This document shows positions 38,187 to 47,160 of a stretch of 64,000 bases of DNA, piece after piece. Each line of letters starts with the position of its first letter. The stretch's first letter is position 1. The notes under the pieces were generated by a model. That model was not told the DNA's origin and searched no databases. It saw nothing but the letters and a program-made list of their open reading frames with translations. The position numbers and the translations under genes are program-made. This DNA is from a bacterium (lineage in GTDB: Bacteria; UBA8248), in assembly GCA_965204535.1 (NCBI GenBank), contig OZ241996.1, positions 512,001 through 576,000 on the forward strand. The letters are read 5' to 3'.

Positions 38187-39086
38187 TTGATCGATTTTGT
38201 CCAGAATACGGTCGACGGCATGATGTTCGGTTCGTCCTACGCGCTTCTGGCGATTGGCTTCACGATCATCTTCGGCGTGATGCGCCGGATCAATCTCTCC
38301 TTCGGCGCCACCATCATGCTCGGCGCCTACATCGGCACGTGGCTGCACGTGCATCATCAGGTCAGTGTGTGGATCGTCGCCTTGACGACACTGACGAGCA
38401 CCGTCCTCGTCGGCATCTATGTCGAACGCTTGTGCTTTCACGCCATCCGCCGCAGCGCCGTGCTCGCGTCGATGGTGTCGAGCTTCGTGATCTGGATGCA
38501 GTTGGAGGAAGCTGCAATCCATCTGCTGCCCGAGCGCACCTATGCCTTCCCCGCTTTGCTCGTAGCCGATTCTTTCGAACTCGGCCCCTTTCTGTTCCGG
38601 GCGGAACAGACCTCGATGCTGGCCCTGGCGATGATCATGGTAGGCGTTTTGCACGTCCTGTTGTATCACACCCGTTTTGGTCTGGCGTTGCGAGCGGTCT
38701 CCGAAAGCTCGCTGGCCGCCGCCTATATGGGCATCAATGCGGCCTGGGTCACGCTGTGCGCATTCGCGTTGGTGTCCCTGATCGGCGGGGTGGCAGGCTA
38801 CGCCATATTGTCCACGGATGCGCAGATTACCCCCTTCTTCGGCTTGTGGGCCACCTTCAAGGGTCTCATTGCGATGATGCTGGGCGGCATGGGGTCGCTG
38901 CCGGGCGCGATTCTGGGCGGCTTGCTGCTGGGCGTCGTCGAAGCCCACGCGCTGTGGTATCTGGGCAACGAATATAAAGATCTCAGCACATATCTGCTGC
39001 TGTTCGGGATGCTGGTGCTGCGGCCCGGCGGCCTCATGGGTCAACACATTCTGAGCCGCGAGGCTCTCGCTTTCCGGCGGGTTTGA
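38187..39086 (+). CDS. LivH-like permease, set 2
   Basis: YALLAIGFTIIFG, GGMGSLPGA. Confidence 0.9.
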   Translation: MIDFVQNTVDGMMFGSSYALLAIGFTIIFGVMRRINLSFGATIMLGAYIGTWLHVHHQVSVWIVALTTLTSTVLVGIYVERLCFHAIRRSAVLASMVSSFVIWMQLEEAAIHLLPERTYAFPALLVADSFELGPFLFRAEQTSMLALAMIMVGVLHVLLYHTRFGLALRAVSESSLAAAYMGINAAWVTLCAFALVSLIGGVAGYAILSTDAQITPFFGLWATFKGLIAMMLGGMGSLPGAILGGLLLGVVEAHALWYLGNEYKDLSTYLLLFGMLVLRPGGLMGQHILSREALAFRRV

Positions 39087-39089
39087 GGG

Positions 39090-39998
39090 ATGGACGATTA
39101 CGTCATCACGGTGCTGTCGAACATCGGCATGATCTCGTTCATCGCGCTGTCGGCCTACCTGCTGTTGCTGACGGGGGAGATCTCCTTCGGTCAGCAGGCC
39201 TACTTCGGCCTGAGCGCGTACGCGGCCGGTGCTGCGACCGCTATGTTCGAGATGCCGATCTGGGCGGGAATTCTCGTCGGCGCGTGCGCGGCCGGAATCA
39301 TCGCGATGGTCGTGGGGGCTCTGACGCTTCAGCTCAGCGGTCTCTACTTTTCGGTAGCCACTCTGGCTTTTGCCGAGATGGCGCGCCTGATCCTGTTGAT
39401 CGTCGAAATTCAGGTCGAAGTCGATGGGGAGATGGTGGGTCCGGAGGGTGCAAACGGATTCCACGGCATCCGCTGGATGTTTGAGCGCGACATCAGCCTG
39501 ACCGAGTTCATGCTCCTCATCTACGGGTTACTTGCGCTGACGTTGATCTGCTTGCTGCTCGTCGAGCGCTCCCGTCTGGGTTCGGTTCTCAGAATGCTCG
39601 GTTCGGATGACCTGCTGGCCGAGATGCAGGGTCTGAATACCGTGCGCTATCGCATCCTGGCGGTGGGCATGGCCGGTGTGATCGCAGGCGTCGGCGGGGC
39701 TCTTTACGCCCACTTCACCACCTATGTGGAGCCGCAGTTCTTCAACGTCATGTTAGGCGTGCATGCCCTCGCTTACGGTCTGATCGGAGGCCTTGGTACG
39801 GCATTCGGACCGCTCATCGGCGTCGCCATCGATGTCGGTTTTCTGGAGGCGATTCGCTTCATCCAGGGCTATAGAATGATCGTGTTTGGCGGCCTGGTGG
39901 CGGTACTGTTGATTTTCATGCCGCGCGGCATCCTCGACGAGGAGCGGGTGCATCGGTTGAAGACTGTGTTCTCGAGGCGGAATCATGCTCGCGCTTAG
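39090..39998 (+). CDS. LivM-like permease, set 2
   Basis: GEISFGQQAYFG, GGLGT..GP. Confidence 0.9.
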   Translation: MDDYVITVLSNIGMISFIALSAYLLLLTGEISFGQQAYFGLSAYAAGAATAMFEMPIWAGILVGACAAGIIAMVVGALTLQLSGLYFSVATLAFAEMARLILLIVEIQVEVDGEMVGPEGANGFHGIRWMFERDISLTEFMLLIYGLLALTLICLLLVERSRLGSVLRMLGSDDLLAEMQGLNTVRYRILAVGMAGVIAGVGGALYAHFTTYVEPQFFNVMLGVHALAYGLIGGLGTAFGPLIGVAIDVGFLEAIRFIQGYRMIVFGGLVAVLLIFMPRGILDEERVHRLKTVFSRRNHARA

Positions 39999-40743
39999 GG
40001 AGGTCGAGAAACGTTTCGGCGCTTTGGCCGCGCTCGACAGGATCGACCTCGAGGTCGCGGCCGGTGAGGTTCTGGGCCTCATCGGGCCGAATGGATCGGG
40101 CAAGACGACGCTTCTGAACACCGTGACCGGCGTGTACCCGCCGAGCGGCGGGCGCATTTCCTTCCAGGGCGCGGACATCACCGGATGGCGAGGGCACCGA
40201 ATCGCGCGCTTGGGAATCGCGCGCACTTTTCAGAACATCCGCTTGTTTCCGACCATGACCGTCTTCCAGAACGTATGGGCCTCGCAGCACAGCCGGGTTT
40301 CCGGCGGGCTGCTCGGCCTGTTGCGAAGCCGCCCGGCGCGCAGATGCGGTGATACCAGAAGAGTCGAGGAAATGCTGGAATTGGTTGGACTTCTCCAAGA
40401 TCGGGAAGTGCTGGCGAAGAACCTCCCCTTGCTGGCGCGCCGGCGCCTGGAGGTCGCCCGTGCGCTGACGATCGACCCGCCGCTGGTGTTCCTCGACGAA
40501 CCGGCGGGCGGCATGACTCCGGCCGAGACCGCAGACATGGCCCGGCTCATCCATGAGGTCGTCGCTCCGAACCGCACTTGTGTGGTGATCGAGCATAAGA
40601 TGGCGCTGATCGCGGGCGTGTGCACCCGTCTTTGCGTGCTCGATTTCGGCCGAAAGATAGCGGAAGGACTACCGGATGAGGTGTTCGCCGATGCGAAGGT
40701 CCGCCAAGCCTATCTGGGCAGGGACGATGCGCCCGATGCTTGA
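39985..40743 (+). CDS. LivG-like ABC ATPase, set 2
   Basis: GPNGSGKT, ARTFQ, LDEPAGG; degenerate signature LPLLARRR. Confidence 0.88.
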   Translation: MLALREVEKRFGALAALDRIDLEVAAGEVLGLIGPNGSGKTTLLNTVTGVYPPSGGRISFQGADITGWRGHRIARLGIARTFQNIRLFPTMTVFQNVWASQHSRVSGGLLGLLRSRPARRCGDTRRVEEMLELVGLLQDREVLAKNLPLLARRRLEVARALTIDPPLVFLDEPAGGMTPAETADMARLIHEVVAPNRTCVVIEHKMALIAGVCTRLCVLDFGRKIAEGLPDEVFADAKVRQAYLGRDDAPDA

Positions 40744-41488
40744 AGTGCGCAGACTGGGCGTCTCCTACGGCGGCATTCGCGCGGTCGATGAGGTGTCATT
40801 GGAAGTCCGGCCCGGAGAGATCGTTTCCATCATCGGCGCAAACGGCGCCGGCAAGACTTCGATCCTCAATGCGATCTCGGGTATCGTGCCGCCGGAGACC
40901 GGTGAGATCCTCTTCGAGGGAGAGTCGATTGGCGGCCTTCCGTCGCACGCCGTCGTCGCCCGCGGCATCGTGCAGGTTCCGGAGGGGCGGATGATCTTCG
41001 GGACCCTGAGCGTGGAGGAAAACCTCCAGGCCGCCGCCCATCAGAGCGGCCGGTTCGTGTTGCGGCGCCACGACCGCCCGAGCCTGCGGCGCCTGTTCCC
41101 CGCCCTTGCGGACAAGCTGGACAGTCCGGCCGCCGGCCTGAGCGGCGGCGAAGCGCAGATGCTGGCGCTCGCCCGCGGGCTCGAGTCCAGGCCCCGGATG
41201 CTGCTGCTGGACGAACCCTCGCTCGGCTTGTCGCCCAAGTTGGCGGAGGAGGTTTTCGGGCTGATCTCCCGGCTCCGCGAGGGGGGGCTCACCATCCTCC
41301 TCGTTGAACAGAACGTCCGGTGGACCATGGCGCTCGCCGACCGGGCTTACGTTCTCGAAAGCGGACGGATTACGCTCCACGGGTCTGCGGCGGAACTGAT
41401 GTCGGACGAGCGGCTCGTGTCGAATTACCTGGGCATTCCCGCGCCTGAATCACTCAACCCATCCTCAGAGGAGGCGCAACCATGCTGA
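40736..41488 (+). CDS. LivF-like ABC ATPase, set 2
   Basis: GANGAGKT, LSGGEAQM, LDEPSLGL. Confidence 0.88.
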   Translation: MLEVRRLGVSYGGIRAVDEVSLEVRPGEIVSIIGANGAGKTSILNAISGIVPPETGEILFEGESIGGLPSHAVVARGIVQVPEGRMIFGTLSVEENLQAAAHQSGRFVLRRHDRPSLRRLFPALADKLDSPAAGLSGGEAQMLALARGLESRPRMLLLDEPSLGLSPKLAEEVFGLISRLREGGLTILLVEQNVRWTMALADRAYVLESGRITLHGSAAELMSDERLVSNYLGIPAPESLNPSSEEAQPC

Positions 41489-41859
41489 AAATCCTTTTGT
41501 TCATCGTTTTTGCTGTTGGCGGATTGGTGTTGTCGCCGATGTCGGCGGCGGGCGAGCGAAAGGTGGCCGAGGTGGAATGCAAGCCGGCGGAGAAGAAGCT
41601 GGTCTACGACTGCATGATCTCCCTCAAGGGCAAGAAGAGCGGCATGCCGGTCGCAGGCGCCGAGTTCACGGTCGGCGCCGATATGCCGTCCATGCCCGGC
41701 GCCCACAACGTGCGTCCGGTGCCCGCGGAACCGGGCGGAACCCCCGGAACCTACCGGGCGCGGGTTCACCTCGAAATGACGGGAGAGTGGGCGCTCAAGC
41801 TGGATTTCACCAAGCCGGGCCGGGACCGTGTGATCAAGAAGCTCCATTTCGGGGGATGA
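41482..41859 (+). CDS. Secreted YtkA/FixH-like Ig-fold protein
   Basis: Signal peptide, ADMPSM..AH, PGTY, MTGEW. Confidence 0.7.
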   Translation: MLKILLFIVFAVGGLVLSPMSAAGERKVAEVECKPAEKKLVYDCMISLKGKKSGMPVAGAEFTVGADMPSMPGAHNVRPVPAEPGGTPGTYRARVHLEMTGEWALKLDFTKPGRDRVIKKLHFGG

Positions 41860-42361
41860 AAGGGCACGGCGGGCACAAATCCGATATGTCCCATGGCGGT
41901 AAAGGCAAGGCAATGGAGCACGGAGACACGGGAAGAAATAAAATCGATGATTAGACAATAGAGGCGCAGGTAAACCCGAGGGCGCGCTTGTGATTTCATC
42001 AGAATGCCAAGGTGGTAACCCTCAACTTGTGGCCCATTGATAAATAGATTTTTTCTTTTTGAGAACGTATTTCGCGTGGTTAGAGGCGGTGGGGGGTTTT
42101 CAGCGGGCTTAGAATCCTTGTAGTCTGCTGAAAGTATTGCGGGTATTTGTTTATTTTGAGTTTCAGCCGAGGTTCGGTTATCTACGATATGTAATCAAAT
42201 CGGATGCGGACGAATTCTAACTCACGCGTATCTCGTAGCGTCCGTGTCGTTAAGCGTTCGGGCGGGCCGTGATGGACCCGGCGCCGGGCGCATCGCCTCC
42301 ATCGGATAGAATTTTCCCGGGCGACTGGTAACGCGATTCGACATGTGCTAATGATGTCGGC

Positions 42362-44716
42362 ATGAAGATTCGCGCAGAAGCTGTCGAGACGGAGTTGGCG
42401 TTGGCCGAGAGGCCGGATGAGCCATGGCCTCATTCCCCCGGGTTGTCCACAACCGCAGAGGCGTACTGGCGTTCGCTGTACGAGCGCGAGCGTGCGCGCG
42501 CGGAGGCGGCGGAGGCGCGCTGCGAGGAGTTGCGTTGGGCGGAAGTGGATTCCCGCTCCCGTGCGGGCAAGCTGAAGCGGCATCTCGACGCCAGCCGGAA
42601 GAAGCTCGAGGCGGCCGCCGGGGAGGCGAAGGAAGCCCGCCGCGCGGCGAAGGACGCGCTGTCGCTCAAGGCGGAAGTGGCGCGGCTGGAGAAGCTGCTT
42701 GCGGAGGCGGGGGTCGATCCGCGCAAGCGCAGCCCGCTCATGTCGCTGCGCATGGAGGTCGTCCGGCTTCGCAAGGAGCTCTCGGGCGTGCCGTCGCCGG
42801 GGGAGGCGGGGCGGCTGCGCAAGGCCCTGGAGGAGCGCAAGGAGACGATTCATGCCCTGCGCAAGGAGGTCGGCCGGCGGGAGAAGGAAGTTGCCCGGCT
42901 CGAAGATCGTCTGGCCCTGGAGAAGCAGAAGTCGGCGACCGACAAGGAGACCATTCGGAGCCTGGACGAGGAGGCCATCGGGCTCTACAGGAAGTTGAGG
43001 CGATTGCGCGACCAGGCGGAGGTGGTCGAGTCGCTGTCTGCGGAGGTCTACCGTCTTGAAGTCTCCCTGGGGGCCGTAGGCATTGCGACCGAACGGCTGA
43101 AGGCGCGGTTGCTGCGCGCTCTCGAGGCGGCGCGCTCGAAGTCGCCGTCTCGTGCAGATGAGGAACTGCGCAAGGCCCTGGGGAGGTCGCGGCGCCAGAA
43201 GACGGCGCTCAGGTCGCTGTCGAGGGAGAACGGGCGTCTTCGCAGGGCGCTCCGCAAGTCAGAGACCATCCGGGCGCGGCTGGAGGCCGATCTCGCGAAG
43301 CTTCGCGCCACCGGAGCGGTGCTGGCGAGAAGACTGTTCGGGCGCAAGAGCGAACGGCAGGAGAGGCCGCGCTCGGAGCGCAGGCGCGGCCGGCAACCCG
43401 GCGCCGCCGGTCATGGCCGCACCCCGCGGCCCGCGCTCGATGAGAGGACCGAAGTTCGCAACCCGCCGGCCGGTGCGCGCGTCTGCGCCGGTTGCGGGAA
43501 GCCCTACGTGGCCAATGGCGCCGAGGTCTCCTCCATCTTCGAGATCGAAGTCTCGGCCCACAAGCGCGTCATCCGCCGTCCGAGATGGCGCAGGAGATGC
43601 GCGTGCGCGTCGTCTCCGGTGGAAGTGTCGGCGCCCGCCGCGCCGCGCCTGTTCGCGGGCACGCCTTACGGGACGAGCGTGTGGGCGCGCTTCCTGTTCG
43701 AGCGCTACGCCTGCTTCCGCCCGCTGCGCCGGGTCGCCGCGTGGCTCTCCGACCAGGGGCTTCCGGTCTCTGCAGGCACACTGGGCGACAGCACGCACCG
43801 CTTCACGCCGCTCTTCGAGCCGCTGGCTGCGGCGATCCTCGACCGCCAGAACGAAGCGGCGGTGCGTCACGGGGACGAGACGACGTGGCGCGTTCAGTCG
43901 CTTCGCGAACAAGGACGCTCGAGCCGCGCCTGGCTGTGGACCTCGGTCAGCGCAGACTCCGTCTACTTCCACGTCGACCCCTCGCGGAGTGCTGAGGTCG
44001 CGATGAAGCTGTTCGGCGCGGCCGGCTCCCATACGGTCATCGTCTGCGACCGCTACAGCGCCTACAAGAAGCTGGCGCGCATTCCCGGGGGTCTGGTGAC
44101 TCTCGCATGGTGCTGGAGTCACGTCCGGCGCGATTATATCCACTGCGCCGCCGGCGATGAGCGGCTGACGCCGTGGTGCGAGAGATGGATCGAGCGGATT
44201 GCCTTGCTTTACCGCCTGAACGAGGCGCGCCTGGCCAGTTACGACCCGGGCGTCGAACGCCAGGATGCGGCGTTCGACGCGGCGCACGACGAATTGAAGA
44301 AGGCGCTCAAGGACCTGTTCGCGCAGGCCCGACGGGAGATGGCCGCTCTGCCCGCGCAGGCGCGCGAGGGCAAGGCGCTTCGCTCGCTGCTGAACCACCG
44401 CGAGGGGCTGAGCGTCTTCATCGAACGCCCCTCGGTGCCGATGGATAACAACGCCAGCGAACGTGCGCTTCGGGGCCCTGTGATCGGCAGGCGGCTCTCG
44501 TTCGGCTCCGACAGCGAGGCCGGCGCCAGGTTTACGGCGATGATGTACTCGGTCCTCGGAACCCTCGCGTCGAACGGGGTCGACCCGCTCCGCTGGCTGG
44601 AGGCATGGCTCACGGCCTGCGCGGAGAACGGCGGCCGGGCGCCCGGGGACCTCTCCGCGTGGCTGCCCTGGTCGATGAGCACGGAGCGCAGGCGCGCCCT
44701 CACGGCGCCGGGATGA
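42362..44716 (+). CDS. IS66-family transposase with about 320-aa N-terminal coiled-coil extension
   Basis: LFGRKSE, CAGCG zinc finger, HGDET, CDRYSAY, CWSHVRR, DNNASERALR. Confidence 0.9.
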   Translation: MKIRAEAVETELALAERPDEPWPHSPGLSTTAEAYWRSLYERERARAEAAEARCEELRWAEVDSRSRAGKLKRHLDASRKKLEAAAGEAKEARRAAKDALSLKAEVARLEKLLAEAGVDPRKRSPLMSLRMEVVRLRKELSGVPSPGEAGRLRKALEERKETIHALRKEVGRREKEVARLEDRLALEKQKSATDKETIRSLDEEAIGLYRKLRRLRDQAEVVESLSAEVYRLEVSLGAVGIATERLKARLLRALEAARSKSPSRADEELRKALGRSRRQKTALRSLSRENGRLRRALRKSETIRARLEADLAKLRATGAVLARRLFGRKSERQERPRSERRRGRQPGAAGHGRTPRPALDERTEVRNPPAGARVCAGCGKPYVANGAEVSSIFEIEVSAHKRVIRRPRWRRRCACASSPVEVSAPAAPRLFAGTPYGTSVWARFLFERYACFRPLRRVAAWLSDQGLPVSAGTLGDSTHRFTPLFEPLAAAILDRQNEAAVRHGDETTWRVQSLREQGRSSRAWLWTSVSADSVYFHVDPSRSAEVAMKLFGAAGSHTVIVCDRYSAYKKLARIPGGLVTLAWCWSHVRRDYIHCAAGDERLTPWCERWIERIALLYRLNEARLASYDPGVERQDAAFDAAHDELKKALKDLFAQARREMAALPAQAREGKALRSLLNHREGLSVFIERPSVPMDNNASERALRGPVIGRRLSFGSDSEAGARFTAMMYSVLGTLASNGVDPLRWLEAWLTACAENGGRAPGDLSAWLPWSMSTERRRALTAPG

Positions 44717-44720
44717 CGCC

Positions 44721-45593
44721 GTGACCGAGTGCCGCTACCACGGACGCGACTTCACGACGGAAGAGATGGCGCTGCTGCGCGAACTGATCGCAGGTCCACC
44801 TGCGCTCAACCGCCATGCGCTATCGAAGGAGTTCTGCCGCCGAATCGGCTGGTACAAGCCCGACGGCGGACTCAAGGACATGATGGCCCGGGTGACTATG
44901 CTGGCCATGCACAAGGACGGCCTGATCACGCTGCCCCCACCGAAGTGGCGCCAGAACCGGCCCGGGCCGATCGTCTTCGGACCCGACACCGAACCTCCCC
45001 TCATCCCGGCGCCTGAGACCCTCGACGAAGTCCGCCCCCTCGATATGCGCGTCGCCGTGCGCGGAACCCGCGAGGGCAGGCTCTGGAACGAGTTCGTCGC
45101 CCGCTACCACTACCTCGGCTACAAGACCCTCGTCGGCGCGCAGATGCGCTACGCCGTCCACGACCGGGGCGGCAGGCCCCTCGCCATGCTCGGCTTCTCC
45201 ACCGCCGCGTGGAAGCTCGCCCCGCGCGACAGCTTCATCGGCTGGACGCCGCAGCTGCGCGAGAAGAACCTCCCCCTCGTGGTCGACAACCCGAGGTTCC
45301 TCATCCTGCCATGGATCAGGATCCTCAACCTCGGCTCACACCTCCTCGCCATCATCCGCAGGCGCCTGCCCGAGGACTGGACCGAGCGCTATGGCACGAC
45401 ACCCGTCCTCGTCGAGACCTTCGTCGAGACGCCGCGCTACACCGGCGCCGTCTACAGGGCATCGGGGTGGATTCACGTCGGTATGACCCAGGGGCGTGGA
45501 CGCTACGACAGATACACGAAACGAGACCAACCGAAAAAGGACATCTGGCTACGACCGTTGCGCAGAAACTGGAAGCAAGTCCTCAACCGGTAA
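44721..45593 (+). CDS. DUF4338 family protein (DruA-like label; Mom/GNAT-like fold inferred)
   Basis: WNEFVARYHYLGY, RDSFIGW, NPRFLILPW, ETFV, YRASGW..G.TQGRG. Confidence 0.85.
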   Translation: MTECRYHGRDFTTEEMALLRELIAGPPALNRHALSKEFCRRIGWYKPDGGLKDMMARVTMLAMHKDGLITLPPPKWRQNRPGPIVFGPDTEPPLIPAPETLDEVRPLDMRVAVRGTREGRLWNEFVARYHYLGYKTLVGAQMRYAVHDRGGRPLAMLGFSTAAWKLAPRDSFIGWTPQLREKNLPLVVDNPRFLILPWIRILNLGSHLLAIIRRRLPEDWTERYGTTPVLVETFVETPRYTGAVYRASGWIHVGMTQGRGRYDRYTKRDQPKKDIWLRPLRRNWKQVLNR

Positions 45594-45662
45594 AATCATC
45601 CCCCATTCCGGCCCGAACTACTGCTTCAAGGCACTACCATCACGGCCCGCCCGAACGCTTAC

Positions 45663-46347
45663 GCAGAAGCTGAAGCGGCGCATAGTAAACATCCGATGCG
45701 GATGCGTCCTTTAGCTCTACAATCACCAGGCGGCCTTGCGGATCGACGGCAATCTGATCGATCTCGTTGCTCTTTTTCCTTTGCGGCAACATCGCCCAGT
45801 GGTCTCTACGGGAAGGCAGCTTCCGCTTGGATGCAACGATGGCGCCCAGTTGAACATACGCATCGTCGATCTTCTGGCACTCCATGGCTTTCGCCTTTTC
45901 CGTTTCGGACTCGTAGGCGAGCACAGCATCCCGGTCGAAGGGTACCCAGGGCTCCGTGACACGCGACCAGCGTGCCTGTATGCCGCCCTCACGCGCCGTC
46001 TGCGCTTCGGCTACGGCCACGTTGTCCAGGTAGTTGCTCAGCGTCTCCTCGAAGCCAGGTTCCTGGGTGTTCCATTCCCGGAACAGACCCCCTGCACAGG
46101 GTTGTGTCGTGTACGTACTTTCTGCCGTAAAGTCGGCCATCCCGTTTTTCAGACGTATATCGACAAGCTTTGTAAGGCCACAGTAGACGATTACCTTATC
46201 GTCCAAGCGCAGATGCACATCGAGATGGCAGCGAGCGACCTTCCGCTTCGAGAGTGCAAGCAGTGGCGCGAGAAATCCTCCCGGAGACAGGAGCGCCTGC
46301 ATCTCCGGCGAAGGTGCGCGATCATAGGTGGGTTTTGGCGTCATCAT
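45663..46347 (-). pseudogene. PD-(D/E)XK-like hypothetical protein truncated at its 3' end by the IS66 element
   Basis: IDQIAVD...IVELKD motif; the frame runs into the IS right end. Confidence 0.6.
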
Positions 46348-46415
46348 GTACCTCCCGGCATTGACAGCGGTGGTGCATCCGAGAGCCTGAGCATTATACT
46401 CTCCGCCTTCGCCGC

Positions 46416-47054
46416 TTAGCGCACCTCTATCATGAGGTATCGGAACTGCTGATTGGCAGCTTCACCGAAGCTGAAATAATCTCTCCAGACACAATCGTAA
46501 GAACCTTTCAGACGTATTGGTTCTTCCCTGCCATTCGTGGTGCCCTTAGCGGCTTTAGGGGACCATGCCATCTCACCCGAAATCTCTCTGCCTTGGTGGA
46601 GACGAAAATCGGCGTCAATCGTCGATCTCGAAGAAAATTTCCAGTAGGACGGATCATTCGTCAGTAAAATCGCATATCCTGTTTTTGCGGGCTGGAAATC
46701 GGCCACTAATCGCTCAAGTCTCTGGATATCATTGAGAAAATCGTATCGGCCTTGATCTGGTGCGCTTTGATCCTTGAGCGCAAAGGCTTCTTTCTTCCAC
46801 TCCTGGGCTAGTTTTTTGCTCCGGTATTTGAGTTCGATTGCGACCCCCACGCCCGGAAGCCAAATGTCCAAATACATCCTTTCATCTTGGAAAGGCTTGT
46901 ACTCCAGGCGAATTTCATCGCTCGGCATTGCCTTGTGAAGCTGCCAGGCAAGAGCATGCTGAAAATCCGCTTCGGAGTGAAAGATCGGACGTTCTTCTTT
47001 CAAGTTCTCCATCAGTCCGGATACATCCAGCGTAATCAATTGAGCCTCCATCAA
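46416..47054 (-). CDS. Hypothetical protein, PD-(D/E)XK nuclease-like
   Basis: SEADFQH...LE...LDIW...AIELKY...DIQRLE; lower GC. Confidence 0.65.
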   Translation of the reverse strand: MMEAQLITLDVSGLMENLKEERPIFHSEADFQHALAWQLHKAMPSDEIRLEYKPFQDERMYLDIWLPGVGVAIELKYRSKKLAQEWKKEAFALKDQSAPDQGRYDFLNDIQRLERLVADFQPAKTGYAILLTNDPSYWKFSSRSTIDADFRLHQGREISGEMAWSPKAAKGTTNGREEPIRLKGSYDCVWRDYFSFGEAANQQFRYLMIEVR

Positions 47055-47160
47055 TTTACACGCCTGCCTGTCACAAGCTATTCCACTCCATCGACCTGGT
47101 CTTGCAGGTTACTATCACAGCATCCGCTATGTATTGTTCGCAAGCCTCCCCCCAGCCTAC

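Larger units (their letters stand above)
42250..45662 (+). mobile_element. IS66-family element with passenger gene
   Basis: 25-bp perfect inverted repeats TAAGCGTTCGGGCGGGCCGTGATGG at 42251-42275 and 45637-45661; right end reads GTAA; no target duplication. Confidence 0.88.

Noticed and set aside
37665-39464. 599-aa minus-strand ORF (likewise 4763-6031, 10287-11657, 47134-48426, 53847-55229)
   Set aside because: Shadow or alternative frames of well-supported genes in GC-rich DNA; no motifs
44721-45593. Druantia defence system
   Set aside because: Only a DUF4338 gene, lying inside IS ends; no DruE helicase or other dru genes
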